From contig SHMW01000082.1 of the NCBI GenBank assembly GCA_008080735.1, positions 1 to 19,358 of the forward strand: a stretch of 19,358 bases of DNA. The letters run 5' to 3'. The notes below the pieces were generated by a model that did no database searches, was not told where the DNA came from, and saw nothing but the letters and a program-made list of their open reading frames with translations. The DNA comes from Promethearchaeota archaeon. Its GTDB lineage: Archaea > Asgardarchaeota > Lokiarchaeia > Sigyniarchaeales > SOKP01. The position numbers and the translations under genes were made by a program. The first letter of the stretch is position 1; every line of letters starts with the position of its first letter. Shown here in pieces: positions 1-8,963 of this stretch.

Positions 1-307
1 ACCATCGGGAGCAGAATTTAACCTTGATATGATTTATGATATTTATAATCAGAAGGATATTGACTTTCTATTATATGTTTTTCAATCAATGAAATTATTA
101 GAGGACGATTATTTAGGAGGTTCTGGTACTCGTGGGTCGGGACAAATTGAATTTCGAGATATTTCTATTAATGTTAAGGAAGAAAAATATTACAATACGG
201 GTAACTACGACGAAGATCTTACAAATATCAATGGAGATGCAATTTCTGTTGAAAAGATTCTAGGTAAATTTGACTCAATAAAGCAAAGTTTAATTCCATT
301 AGTTTAA
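1..307 (+). CDS. csm3: Type III-A CRISPR RAMP backbone subunit Csm3 (Cas7 group), 5'-truncated by the window edge
   Basis: The frame is open from base 2 (PSGAEFNLDM...). It carries the C-terminal Csm3 signature LLEDDYLGGSGTRGSGQIEF and lies directly upstream of csm4 and csm5. Confidence 0.92.
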   Translation, partial: PSGAEFNLDMIYDIYNQKDIDFLLYVFQSMKLLEDDYLGGSGTRGSGQIEFRDISINVKEEKYYNTGNYDEDLTNINGDAISVEKILGKFDSIKQSLIPLV

Positions 308-334
308 CTTCTAAAATCTAAAGGTGGATCAAGT

Positions 335-1411
335 TTGGTCGTGCATCACGCAATTAAATTAGTTCCTAAAACACCATTTCATCTTGGAGAGATGATGGAT
401 ATGGAATCAACAGAAGATATAATACATTCGGATACAATCTATAGTGCTTTATGCAGAATATCTGATGTTTTTTTCGGCAAAGCGGAATACAAAAAATTCA
501 TAGATCCCTTCTTAAATGAGGATCCATCTTTTATTATAAGTTCTGCCTTCCCGTATTATGAAGCTGAGAAAGAAACTATTTTTTTCTTTCCAAAACCTCT
601 GATCTTTAAAGATTTTGTAGCAAAAAATCCAAAGGCTATAAAAACATATAAAAAAATCAGATTTGTTTCAAAACATCTTTTAAACGCTTTTTTGAATAAT
701 GATGATGAGTACCTCCACAAAAATTTCATGAATGAGAATGGTAAATTAAAGAGAAAAAACCTGATTCAAAACGGACAAGTATGGCTTTCTGAAGCAGAAA
801 AGGAATTAATTCCGTATACTGAAGACCTTTGGAAGATTCAAAGGTCTCCTCGGGTCGTTATCGATAGATCTACAAAAAATACCTCAATATTTCATTATTC
901 CAGAATTCACTTTCATAAAGGAAAAACAGGATTATATTTATTGATAGATAATTTAAAGAAGAATGAAAATATTGCTGAAGAGCTAATTACTAAATTTAGA
1001 TATTTAGGCGACACGGGCTTAGGAGGCGAGAGAAGTACTGGAAACGGTCAGTTTTCTGTGATGTTAAACAAATCTGGTAAATTATTTCATATAGAATTGG
1101 ATCAAGGAGATAATTCCTCAAAACGGTTTTTATCTTTATCCTTATTCTTACCTAAAGAAGAAGAGATAAATAACAATCTGATTGGAGATAATAATTATTA
1201 TTCGATAATAAACAGAAAAGGGTGGATCTCAGGAACTTCATATCGAAGAAGAAACATTAATATGATAACAGAAGGAAGTGTGCTTAATACTGTTAATAGT
1301 AAAATTTATGGGAGAATTGAAGAGATCACCCCAAATATTCTGAAAACTAAACACCCCGATTATAAAATTCACAGATTTGGGTACTCTTATTCAATTAATC
1401 TTAAAAATTAA
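335..1411 (+). CDS. csm4: Type III-A CRISPR RAMP protein Csm4 (Cas5 group)
   Basis: Motifs PFHLG, IIHSDTIYSAL, ISSAFPY, FFPKP, PRVVIDR, G-rich loop LGDTGLGGERSTGNGQF, and EGSV. TTG start follows an SD-like AAGGTGG. Confidence 0.93.
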   Translation: MVVHHAIKLVPKTPFHLGEMMDMESTEDIIHSDTIYSALCRISDVFFGKAEYKKFIDPFLNEDPSFIISSAFPYYEAEKETIFFFPKPLIFKDFVAKNPKAIKTYKKIRFVSKHLLNAFLNNDDEYLHKNFMNENGKLKRKNLIQNGQVWLSEAEKELIPYTEDLWKIQRSPRVVIDRSTKNTSIFHYSRIHFHKGKTGLYLLIDNLKKNENIAEELITKFRYLGDTGLGGERSTGNGQFSVMLNKSGKLFHIELDQGDNSSKRFLSLSLFLPKEEEINNNLIGDNNYYSIINRKGWISGTSYRRRNINMITEGSVLNTVNSKIYGRIEEITPNILKTKHPDYKIHRFGYSYSINLKN

Positions 1412-1432
1412 CAAATTAGAAGATACGGTACT

Positions 1433-2731
1433 ATGGAAAATATACGAAAAGAGATTTTTGATGTTGAATATAAGATTGTTACACCAGTTCATATTGGAAA
1501 TGGGATTCAATTACCAAAAACAGAATTTGGTGCTATAAAAACTAAAAATGTTCTTCGAAAAATAGATTTCGATAATTTTATCGAATCTATACCATCTGAT
1601 AAAATAGGACAAATTTCAAAGGATCTTCGTACTGCGGAAAATGAGTTTTTAAATCAAATTTTACATATGTCCGAGAACGACTTAGAGCAAATTGCTAAAG
1701 AATACGATCTATTGTGTTATTTTAATTATCATTATGAGGATATCAAAAAAATACGAGAGATTACTGCTCATATTAAAAATCCTTTTTCAAAACCCTATAT
1801 TCCGGGATCTTCAATAAAAGGATGGATCAGAACAGCAATTCTTTCATATTATCTGAGAAAAATTAAGGATACCAATATTTTCTTTGATGATTTTAATAAA
1901 AAATTACCCTCTCTCCCGAAAGGGGGAAGAAAATTATATTATGAAAAAAGGGATATGGGAGATATCTTTGAAAAAAGAATTTTTGGTGGAGATCCCAGAG
2001 AAGATATTTTTAGATTTATTTCGGTCCCAGATACTACGCCAATAGACCCCGATCAATTGCGATTAGGGTTTATCCAAATTTTCCATCCGACCGAACAAAG
2101 AGGGAATTATAAGTTCGACTCACTACAATTTTCTCAGTATTTAGAAGTCTTAAAAAAAAATACGACCTTAAAGAGTAAAATTATATTTTCCCAAGAACTT
2201 GATGACTTCAAAAAAGAATATTTACAATCTGACAATTTTTCTACGAAATTGCGAAAATACATCATTGAAAATCTGATTGAATTGCCACGAAAAGAGCTAA
2301 TAAAAGAGATTACTACAATAAATAATAATCTATCTAAAAACATTATGGAATATAACTATAAGTATCTTACCACATTAAATAGAGAAATAGGCTCACAAGA
2401 ATTAGATTCTTTAGTTGATTATTATGAGAACGAATTATTTCCATTCTATGATGAAATTATTGAGAAAAATAACCAATTTCTATTACGGTTGGGAGCCTCT
2501 ACAGAGTGGCATTCTAAGACGGTAGGTTTAGAAATAATGAGATACCTATTAAGAGAGAAACATGTGGATTTTAATAATTTTTATGATGGGATGAACCAAT
2601 TAAAATTGTTTAAAGGACAAAAAATGCATAAACACTTTGAATTAACGCCCATTTCGAGATCTTATTTAGTTGATGAGAATTTGAGACCATCTCAACCTCT
2701 AGGATGGGTAAAAGCGGAGATAAAATCTTAA
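1433..2731 (+). CDS. csm5: Type III-A CRISPR RAMP protein Csm5
   Basis: Motifs TPVHIGNG, PYIPGSSIKGWIRTA, DPREDIFRFISVPD, LRLG and C-terminal PLGWV. Gene order is csm3-csm4-csm5. Confidence 0.92.
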   Translation: MENIRKEIFDVEYKIVTPVHIGNGIQLPKTEFGAIKTKNVLRKIDFDNFIESIPSDKIGQISKDLRTAENEFLNQILHMSENDLEQIAKEYDLLCYFNYHYEDIKKIREITAHIKNPFSKPYIPGSSIKGWIRTAILSYYLRKIKDTNIFFDDFNKKLPSLPKGGRKLYYEKRDMGDIFEKRIFGGDPREDIFRFISVPDTTPIDPDQLRLGFIQIFHPTEQRGNYKFDSLQFSQYLEVLKKNTTLKSKIIFSQELDDFKKEYLQSDNFSTKLRKYIIENLIELPRKELIKEITTINNNLSKNIMEYNYKYLTTLNREIGSQELDSLVDYYENELFPFYDEIIEKNNQFLLRLGASTEWHSKTVGLEIMRYLLREKHVDFNNFYDGMNQLKLFKGQKMHKHFELTPISRSYLVDENLRPSQPLGWVKAEIKS

Positions 2732-2736
2732 AAATA

Positions 2737-3525
2737 ATGATTAAATTTAAGTTTGAATTGGTTCCTGAAGAGGGTGTAGTAAAACCCTATATGGAACCCT
2801 ATGGATATATTTTTCGCGCGATTCTAATGGATTGGTTAAAAAAGTTAAAACCCGAACTAGTTCATGAGTTGCATTCATATAACAAAATTCGACCATATTC
2901 TATCCAGTTATCTTACAGAAGAAAGGAAATCGTATTTTATCTTAATATATTTGATCCTATGATAGCAGAAGTATTAGTGAGCGATCTAATTAAAAAAAAA
3001 GAGAAAACATTTGAAGTCAGTAATCAGACCTATTTACTAAAAAAGGTGCTTTTTGAAGATTATTCTCTTACAACTCTGTTCAAACAAGGAAAACCAGTTA
3101 AAAAATTTAAAATTAAATTCTTAGAGCCAACCTATTTTAGTACTACCCGGAGTAAAAATGTTGTGCGATTGCCGATTCCAGAATTGATTTTTAGCAACCT
3201 CTCAAATTTATGGAATAGTTTATCCCATGAAGAAGCCTATATTGAAGAAGAGGTCTTTTTGGATTGGGTAAATAGATCATTATACCTCAGCAGTCTCGAT
3301 ATTAAGACGGATGCGAAAGATATGGGAGAAAGTGTCCCTGCGGTAGGCTTTATTGGATGGGCTAACTTCGAAATTAGCAAAAACGAGAAGAATTATAGTA
3401 AACTTATCGATACATTATGTAAATTTGGAGAATTAAGCAATATGGGTTCAAACAGAACAGCAGCTTTAGGTAGAATAAGATATAAACCAATTGAATATTT
3501 TAATTTCAGAAAAATTCAACATTGA
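2737..3525 (+). CDS. cas6: CRISPR pre-crRNA processing endoribonuclease Cas6
   Basis: Motifs ELH...IRPYS, F.EPT.F, LPIPELIF.NL..LWN, VGFIG and a C-terminal G-loop variant NMGSNRTAALG. ATG at 2737 (just after the csm5 stop) is preferred to 2704. Confidence 0.88.
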   Translation: MIKFKFELVPEEGVVKPYMEPYGYIFRAILMDWLKKLKPELVHELHSYNKIRPYSIQLSYRRKEIVFYLNIFDPMIAEVLVSDLIKKKEKTFEVSNQTYLLKKVLFEDYSLTTLFKQGKPVKKFKIKFLEPTYFSTTRSKNVVRLPIPELIFSNLSNLWNSLSHEEAYIEEEVFLDWVNRSLYLSSLDIKTDAKDMGESVPAVGFIGWANFEISKNEKNYSKLIDTLCKFGELSNMGSNRTAALGRIRYKPIEYFNFRKIQH

Positions 3526-4107
3526 TTATCTTTTAGAATTAGATTCGAATGTGGAATTGAGGCAAGAAGTCCTTAAACAATTCCTCAAACATGTTCCTCG
3601 AATTCTAGCATTTTTAATAAAGGAAAAACTTCTATCTTATTTAGAACCATCTGATATCAAAGATGGTCTATCTAAGTTTAATTTTTCCCTACTCACGGAG
3701 CTTGACCAAGGAAATGAATTTTTATTATTTAATGAAAAAAGCTAGCGATAAATCTAAAAAGGGACTAGAAAAAGAAATCGAATTACATTTCATAAATAAA
3801 AACCTAGATTGCCTTTGGTTCGACATTTTTTATTTTTTCAAACATATTATTTCAACTTATTTTATTTTAGAGTAAATCGTTATTTAGTGATTTATTGAGA
3901 TAAGCTAGTATTTAAAGATTTACAATTAGGAAATCCATATTGGAAAGAAAGGGAGATTTATTCAAACTTAATCCCGAGGAATGGGTTCTGGATAGAGAGG
4001 ATTACCATCATAGAAAAATATCGTTCAATATTTAAGGAATTTTCCTCAAATTATTAAGAAAAAAGGACTGTAGCATTACGTATTGGGAAAATTTCAAAAT
4101 TAAATTA
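3491..4107 (+). pseudogene. Probable fragmented gene remnant (helical, Leu-rich protein of unknown family)
   Basis: Overlapping short ORFs 3491-3745 and 3663-3875 in different frames, then further stop-interrupted protein-like stretches (DKLVFKDLQLGNPYWKE..., GDLFKLNPEEWVLDRED...). No clean start. Confidence 0.4.
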
Positions 4108-4162
4108 AAATAAAAAATTAAGTTCCTTCTTCTTATCCATAGATGAAATTAGAAAATTTAAT

Positions 4163-6418
4163 TTATTGATATTGAATTTGTTCAATATCTTTTTTGATTT
4201 CCTCTTTAGTTTGAGCATCGCCTAATCTTTCGTAAATCTCTTGGGCTTCTTTTAATATTTCAATCGCCATTTCACCATCTTGCGTATAACTATAATAAGA
4301 AATAGCCATACTTCTAAGATATTTCGCTTTACTCTCTATATTGTCTTCATCTTTCAAGAGATCAAGTATCATTAAATAACTATTATAAGCTCTCTCGTAA
4401 TCTTGTATAGAATGAGATACAACAGCAATACTATTATACATTTCAATAATGAAATTCTTATCACCAATTCTCTGAGCTACTTCTAAGGAGCGATTAAATA
4501 GTTCTAAAGCATCATCATAATTCCCGAGATTATAAGCGGAAGAACCCATGGAGTTTAGAATGTTGATCTTATTATGAATCATATCTTGTTCCTCGCATAT
4601 TTTAAGAGCGTTTTCCCAATTATTAGTGGCTTCTTCCTCATTATTCAAAAAAGCATATAAATTTCCAATCATATGAAGAAGACTTACTTTACTCTCATAA
4701 TCATTTATCTCTGTTGCCAGATATAGCCCCCTATTAAAAAAATCAAGTGCTTTGTCATAGTCCCCTAATTCTTGATACAACAAACCAATATAATTAAGTC
4801 TTACTGTTTGTTCTGGAAGTGTTCCGAGTAGTATATCTATTTTCAATGCGTCTTCAAAAAATTTCAAAGCCTCCTCATTCTCGCCCGATGCTTTATAAAC
4901 CACTCCAATATTCATTAATGCTTGCGCCTTATGCTGTAAATCTCCTGTTTTATTTACTATACTAATAACCCTTTGATAATAATCTAAAGCTTTATCCTGA
5001 TTTCCCATTTTTCCATAAGTGGCACCAAGATTCAGTAGAGGGACTATACTTCCCTCTAAATCATCATGTATTTCATTAAGTTTTAAGGATTCCAAATAAT
5101 AATTTATAGCATTTTTGAAATCAACATTATTAGAATAGATAATTCCAATATTGTTTAGACAAGATGATTGTCCCTCATAATCATTAAGATTGTTATATAA
5201 TTCTTTTGCTATTTCTAGATTTTCTAATCGTTTATCAAGGGTTAATTCACTTGAAGGGAGGCTGGCGACATTAGTTAGAAATTCTGCTTCTCCTTTTATA
5301 TCATTCATAGATTTAGCCATTTCTAATCCTTTTTGCCATACACGTAGTGCATTTCTCCAATCACTTAGACTATAGTAGAGATATCCAGCAAATTTATATT
5401 GGGTAATTATATCAATATTTTTGTACTCATCCAATGTTTTTATCCATTCATCAAAATCTAGATAATTCATATCATCCTCACTCTTTATTTTTGTAATTTC
5501 GACAGATTGTAGAATTCTTGGCCATAAAAATTCAGATATAAACGTTTTAGTATTCGCCTTGATTAAAGATGTCTCAATATTGTGTGTATTCTTAATATGA
5601 TACAAAAATTTTTCTTGTTTTGAGAGATCTGAATTTTGAACTGAGTTGAAATTATTTATTTCTATATCTTCTGATTCAGGGATATGATCAATCCAAATGA
5701 TTTTCTTATATTGAATGATTTCTTTTAAGAACGGGGTGATATCAAAATCATCACTCCCAGAATAGCCTAATATAACTAAGGCACGATCCTTTATTATTTT
5801 TGAAATTATTGGTTTTTTATATGGTTCAATATTAAAAGTTTCTCCTTCTTCTCGACCCTTTCCCAATGAGGATATGGTAGTAACTAAAGACTCGAAGGTA
5901 TTTTGTTCTGTTATAAGATTTCTCTTTGAACCATGGAGTTTGAAAAGCAAAAATTGTGTAATATTAGTTAAATCATTTATCTGATTAAGATCTAAATATT
6001 GTTTTCTTAAGATTATAGGATTTATTTTTTTCTTTTCTTCTTTGGATAAAAGTTTGACAAGTGCATATTCAATTAAATAATCAAAATTTGTGGTTATTAC
6101 ATGATTTTTATTATTAATAATATTGTGAGCTAAAAAGTAATGTATAATATTTGGTTCCATTTTTGTTTCCAAAAAATCCAAAAATCTAAGAGATTTGTCA
6201 ATGTACTGTTGAATTTGTTCAATAAAAACTTCATATCTTAAAGATTCTTTTTGTAAAATCGAATCTATTTCTTTAACAGGAACACATAATCTTACTAGAG
6301 TTTCTACAAACTTTTTAGCTGAAGGCACTCTACTTGGAGTATCCATAGAAATTCCTGCTCCAACCAAAAATGTAAATTTTTCAGTGGGTTCAATAATTTT
6401 ATCAAAAATAGAATTCAT
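4163..6418 (-). CDS. SIR2-like (SIR2_2) domain fused to a long C-terminal TPR array
   Basis: N-terminal FLVGAGIS, ITTNFDYLIE, FKLHGS and LVILGYSGSDDFD sirtuin-fold motifs. About 400 aa of ~40-aa TPR-like repeats follow (e.g. LNNIGIIY, LLNLGATY, LMNIGVVY, LNYIGLLY). Confidence 0.88.
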   Translation of the reverse strand: MNSIFDKIIEPTEKFTFLVGAGISMDTPSRVPSAKKFVETLVRLCVPVKEIDSILQKESLRYEVFIEQIQQYIDKSLRFLDFLETKMEPNIIHYFLAHNIINNKNHVITTNFDYLIEYALVKLLSKEEKKKINPIILRKQYLDLNQINDLTNITQFLLFKLHGSKRNLITEQNTFESLVTTISSLGKGREEGETFNIEPYKKPIISKIIKDRALVILGYSGSDDFDITPFLKEIIQYKKIIWIDHIPESEDIEINNFNSVQNSDLSKQEKFLYHIKNTHNIETSLIKANTKTFISEFLWPRILQSVEITKIKSEDDMNYLDFDEWIKTLDEYKNIDIITQYKFAGYLYYSLSDWRNALRVWQKGLEMAKSMNDIKGEAEFLTNVASLPSSELTLDKRLENLEIAKELYNNLNDYEGQSSCLNNIGIIYSNNVDFKNAINYYLESLKLNEIHDDLEGSIVPLLNLGATYGKMGNQDKALDYYQRVISIVNKTGDLQHKAQALMNIGVVYKASGENEEALKFFEDALKIDILLGTLPEQTVRLNYIGLLYQELGDYDKALDFFNRGLYLATEINDYESKVSLLHMIGNLYAFLNNEEEATNNWENALKICEEQDMIHNKINILNSMGSSAYNLGNYDDALELFNRSLEVAQRIGDKNFIIEMYNSIAVVSHSIQDYERAYNSYLMILDLLKDEDNIESKAKYLRSMAISYYSYTQDGEMAIEILKEAQEIYERLGDAQTKEEIKKDIEQIQYQ

Positions 6419-6514
6419 GATTTTAATTATTCTTTAATTTTGAATTATTAAATATACTGAAATAAATAAAAGTATTTTTAAAAGAAAAAATAAAAAACTC
6501 AGAAGAGTAGAATT

Positions 6515-7783
6515 TTATGTTCCTTCTTCGAAACCATGGATGTAATTATATTGTTCTTCCGTTAATTCATCGATTTCGATTCCCATCGCCTTTAATTTCA
6601 GCTCACCAACCCTATTATCAATATCTTCGGGTACTTCAATTATTTCAGCTTTGAAATTGTCCTTATTCTTAACGATAAACTCGGACATTAAACTTTGAAG
6701 CCCAAATGACATGTCCATCACCTCTGATGGATGACCCTCGGATAACACGAGATTTGCTAACCTTCCTTGTCCCAAGAGATATACTTTTTTACCAGTGGGA
6801 AAGGTTAATTCCTCTACATCTTTACGTATCGGTTTAATTTCTTGTGCATATTCGTACAATTCTTTTGTAGGAATCTCAATATCGAAATGTCCTAAATTAC
6901 CCAGAATACATCCATCCTTTATTTTATCAAATATTTCATGTTTCGGAGGAATAACATGCTTACATCCGGTAGCAGTAAGAATAACATCTGCTTCAGGAAG
7001 AGTTTCTTTGATTGGTTTCACATTATATCCAGCGAATTTAGCTTTTAATGCTTTTATTGGATCAACTTCTGTAACTGTTACATTTGCGCCTAATCCTCGG
7101 GCACGTAATGCCATTCCTGAACTGCAATGACCATATCCCGCAATAACCGTATTTTTTCCCGCAAACAGAATATGCATGCCATAAATAGCAGAAATTACTC
7201 CCTGTCCAGTTCCTAATTCATTATCAAATTGATTTTTACATCTCGCATCATTAACAGGAAAGAGAGGGACTTTGAGCTTGCCCTTTACTTCCATTGCACG
7301 AAAACGTTTTACTCCCGTTGTAGTTTCTTCTTGACAACCGATAATCGTTCCAGAAGTGATGAGATCAGAGTATTCTTGATGTGCTGTGACAATCATATCA
7401 GCTCCATCATCAATCAAGATATTGGGTTTAGCATCTAAGCATTGACGAATACACCAATAAAATTCTTCGGTAGTATTTCCATGCCACGCAAATACATTAA
7501 TTCCCTCTTCGACTAACGCAGCAGCGACTTCATCCTGCGTAGAAAGGGGATTGCTTCCACATAAATATACTTCAGCTCCCCCAGCTTTTAATGTTCTTGC
7601 GAGGATTCCCGTCTCTTTCGTTACATGGAGACAACCAGCAATTGTAATTCCCTCAAGTGGTTTTTCCTTTTTAAACCGTTCTCTGATTATATTACTAGTA
7701 ACAGGCATTTTATTTTCTGCGATATATAATGCCTCTTTTCCTTGCGGCGCTAAAGATTCATCCGCGACTTTATATTCAACCAT
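6515..7783 (-). CDS. ahcY: Adenosylhomocysteinase (SAH hydrolase)
   Basis: Motifs GCLHVTKET, GSNPLSTQD, DDGAD, EETTTG, VND, FDN..GTGQ, GHFDIEI and EGHPSEVMDMSF. Confidence 0.97.
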   Translation of the reverse strand: MVEYKVADESLAPQGKEALYIAENKMPVTSNIIRERFKKEKPLEGITIAGCLHVTKETGILARTLKAGGAEVYLCGSNPLSTQDEVAAALVEEGINVFAWHGNTTEEFYWCIRQCLDAKPNILIDDGADMIVTAHQEYSDLITSGTIIGCQEETTTGVKRFRAMEVKGKLKVPLFPVNDARCKNQFDNELGTGQGVISAIYGMHILFAGKNTVIAGYGHCSSGMALRARGLGANVTVTEVDPIKALKAKFAGYNVKPIKETLPEADVILTATGCKHVIPPKHEIFDKIKDGCILGNLGHFDIEIPTKELYEYAQEIKPIRKDVEELTFPTGKKVYLLGQGRLANLVLSEGHPSEVMDMSFGLQSLMSEFIVKNKDNFKAEIIEVPEDIDNRVGELKLKAMGIEIDELTEEQYNYIHGFEEGT

Positions 7784-7912
7784 TTTTTATATCACGTTAT
7801 TTTTTCTATATTTACTAATTTTGCAAAGTACATAAATATATATCTGAAAGAATGTTAAATTTATTATGGGTTTTTTTTCAATTTAATTAGAAATTAAAAA
7901 AGTCTCTAAAAA
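7784..7912. promoter_or_regulatory. Divergent promoter region between ahcY and the Lrp/AsnC gene
   Basis: AT-rich 129-nt gap between head-to-head genes, with a TATA-like ATAAATATATAT near 7832-7843. Confidence 0.45.
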
Positions 7913-8857
7913 ATGGATAAGAAAATTGCCTATCAAATCGTTAGAGAATTGATATCGAACACTAAACCAAGCTTTACCGATATCTCAGAAAGTTTAGATT
8001 TATCACGGCCCACACTGCAAAATTATCTTGAGGATTTAAGAAGGAAAAAGGTAATTAACAATTTTACAATTAACATTAATCCCAATATCCAACCTAATCT
8101 GAAACATGTGATCATGGAAATAAAAACAAACCCGAAAGAACCTGAACTTGTCCAGAAACTGTCGGAAATCCCTCAATTACAAATGCTTGATGGCATTTTT
8201 GGAGAATTCTCTTTGAATGCTATGTTCAAATTTGAGAATTCTGCGGAATTTAATGAACAATTGAATTTGGTTGATACCATAATGTCGCAATCATACTTTA
8301 AAAAATATCAAATAATTGATACAATAAAGGTTTACAAGACAAATGGAGTAAAACTTTCGGAAATAGATATGGTAAGTTATGAGTTAGATGATTTGGATTA
8401 TGAGATTCTGAAAATTTTACAATATTCCCAAGAAGAGAAACTAATTTCAACCTATGATATTAAGAATCTATTAAAAGATAAGAATAAAATCTCGGTCTCC
8501 CAATCTACAATTTACAATAGGATTAAAAAGATGGAGGAATCCGGTATCATCCTTAATTATTCACTTAATTTCAACCCGAGAAAATTAGGATTTTTAGGAA
8601 AATTCATTATAAGAATAAAACCAAATGATCCTTCAAAATATGACGAAATTGCGTTAGATTTAGAAAAAAAGAAGGAATTAACTCATTTGTATCGAATTGG
8701 GTCACAATTTGGATTATTTGGGATAGTCAGAGTCAAGCAAATTCAGGATTATGCGGGATTCTTACAAGAATTATATAACACAAACGAGGTAGAAGACACC
8801 TTTTCCAATTTTGTGTTAGATGAGAGAATTCCCTTTACAAATTTTTCGCTCCCCTAA
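7913..8857 (+). CDS. Lrp/AsnC-family transcriptional regulator with two tandem HTH-RAM units
   Basis: First HTH: SFTDISESLDLSRPTLQNYLEDL..KKVI. Second HTH: LDDLDYEILKIL...SQSTIYNRIKKMEESGII...NPRKLG. Each is followed by an ACT/RAM-like segment. Divergent from ahcY. Confidence 0.8.
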   Translation: MDKKIAYQIVRELISNTKPSFTDISESLDLSRPTLQNYLEDLRRKKVINNFTININPNIQPNLKHVIMEIKTNPKEPELVQKLSEIPQLQMLDGIFGEFSLNAMFKFENSAEFNEQLNLVDTIMSQSYFKKYQIIDTIKVYKTNGVKLSEIDMVSYELDDLDYEILKILQYSQEEKLISTYDIKNLLKDKNKISVSQSTIYNRIKKMEESGIILNYSLNFNPRKLGFLGKFIIRIKPNDPSKYDEIALDLEKKKELTHLYRIGSQFGLFGIVRVKQIQDYAGFLQELYNTNEVEDTFSNFVLDERIPFTNFSLP

Positions 8858-8963
8858 TTTGTGTAGGAACAATAGTTTTATTTAGACATCAACAATTATT
8901 TTCACATGTAGTTGTGGATTTTTAATTAAATGAAAATATGAATGTGAATTTCATTCCTTAATT

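Noticed and set aside
2704-2736. Longer cas6 start at 2704
   Set aside because: It overlaps the conserved csm5 C-terminus (PLGWV). ATG 2737 after the csm5 stop is more parsimonious.
3526-4162. CRISPR array or leader after cas6
   Set aside because: No recurring 25-40-nt direct repeat with regular spacing is visible here or elsewhere in the window.
6515-7783. ahcY as part of SAM-AMP type III CRISPR signalling
   Set aside because: It is an ordinary full-length housekeeping enzyme. No CorA, NrN or SAM lyase partner is present, so proximity alone is insufficient.
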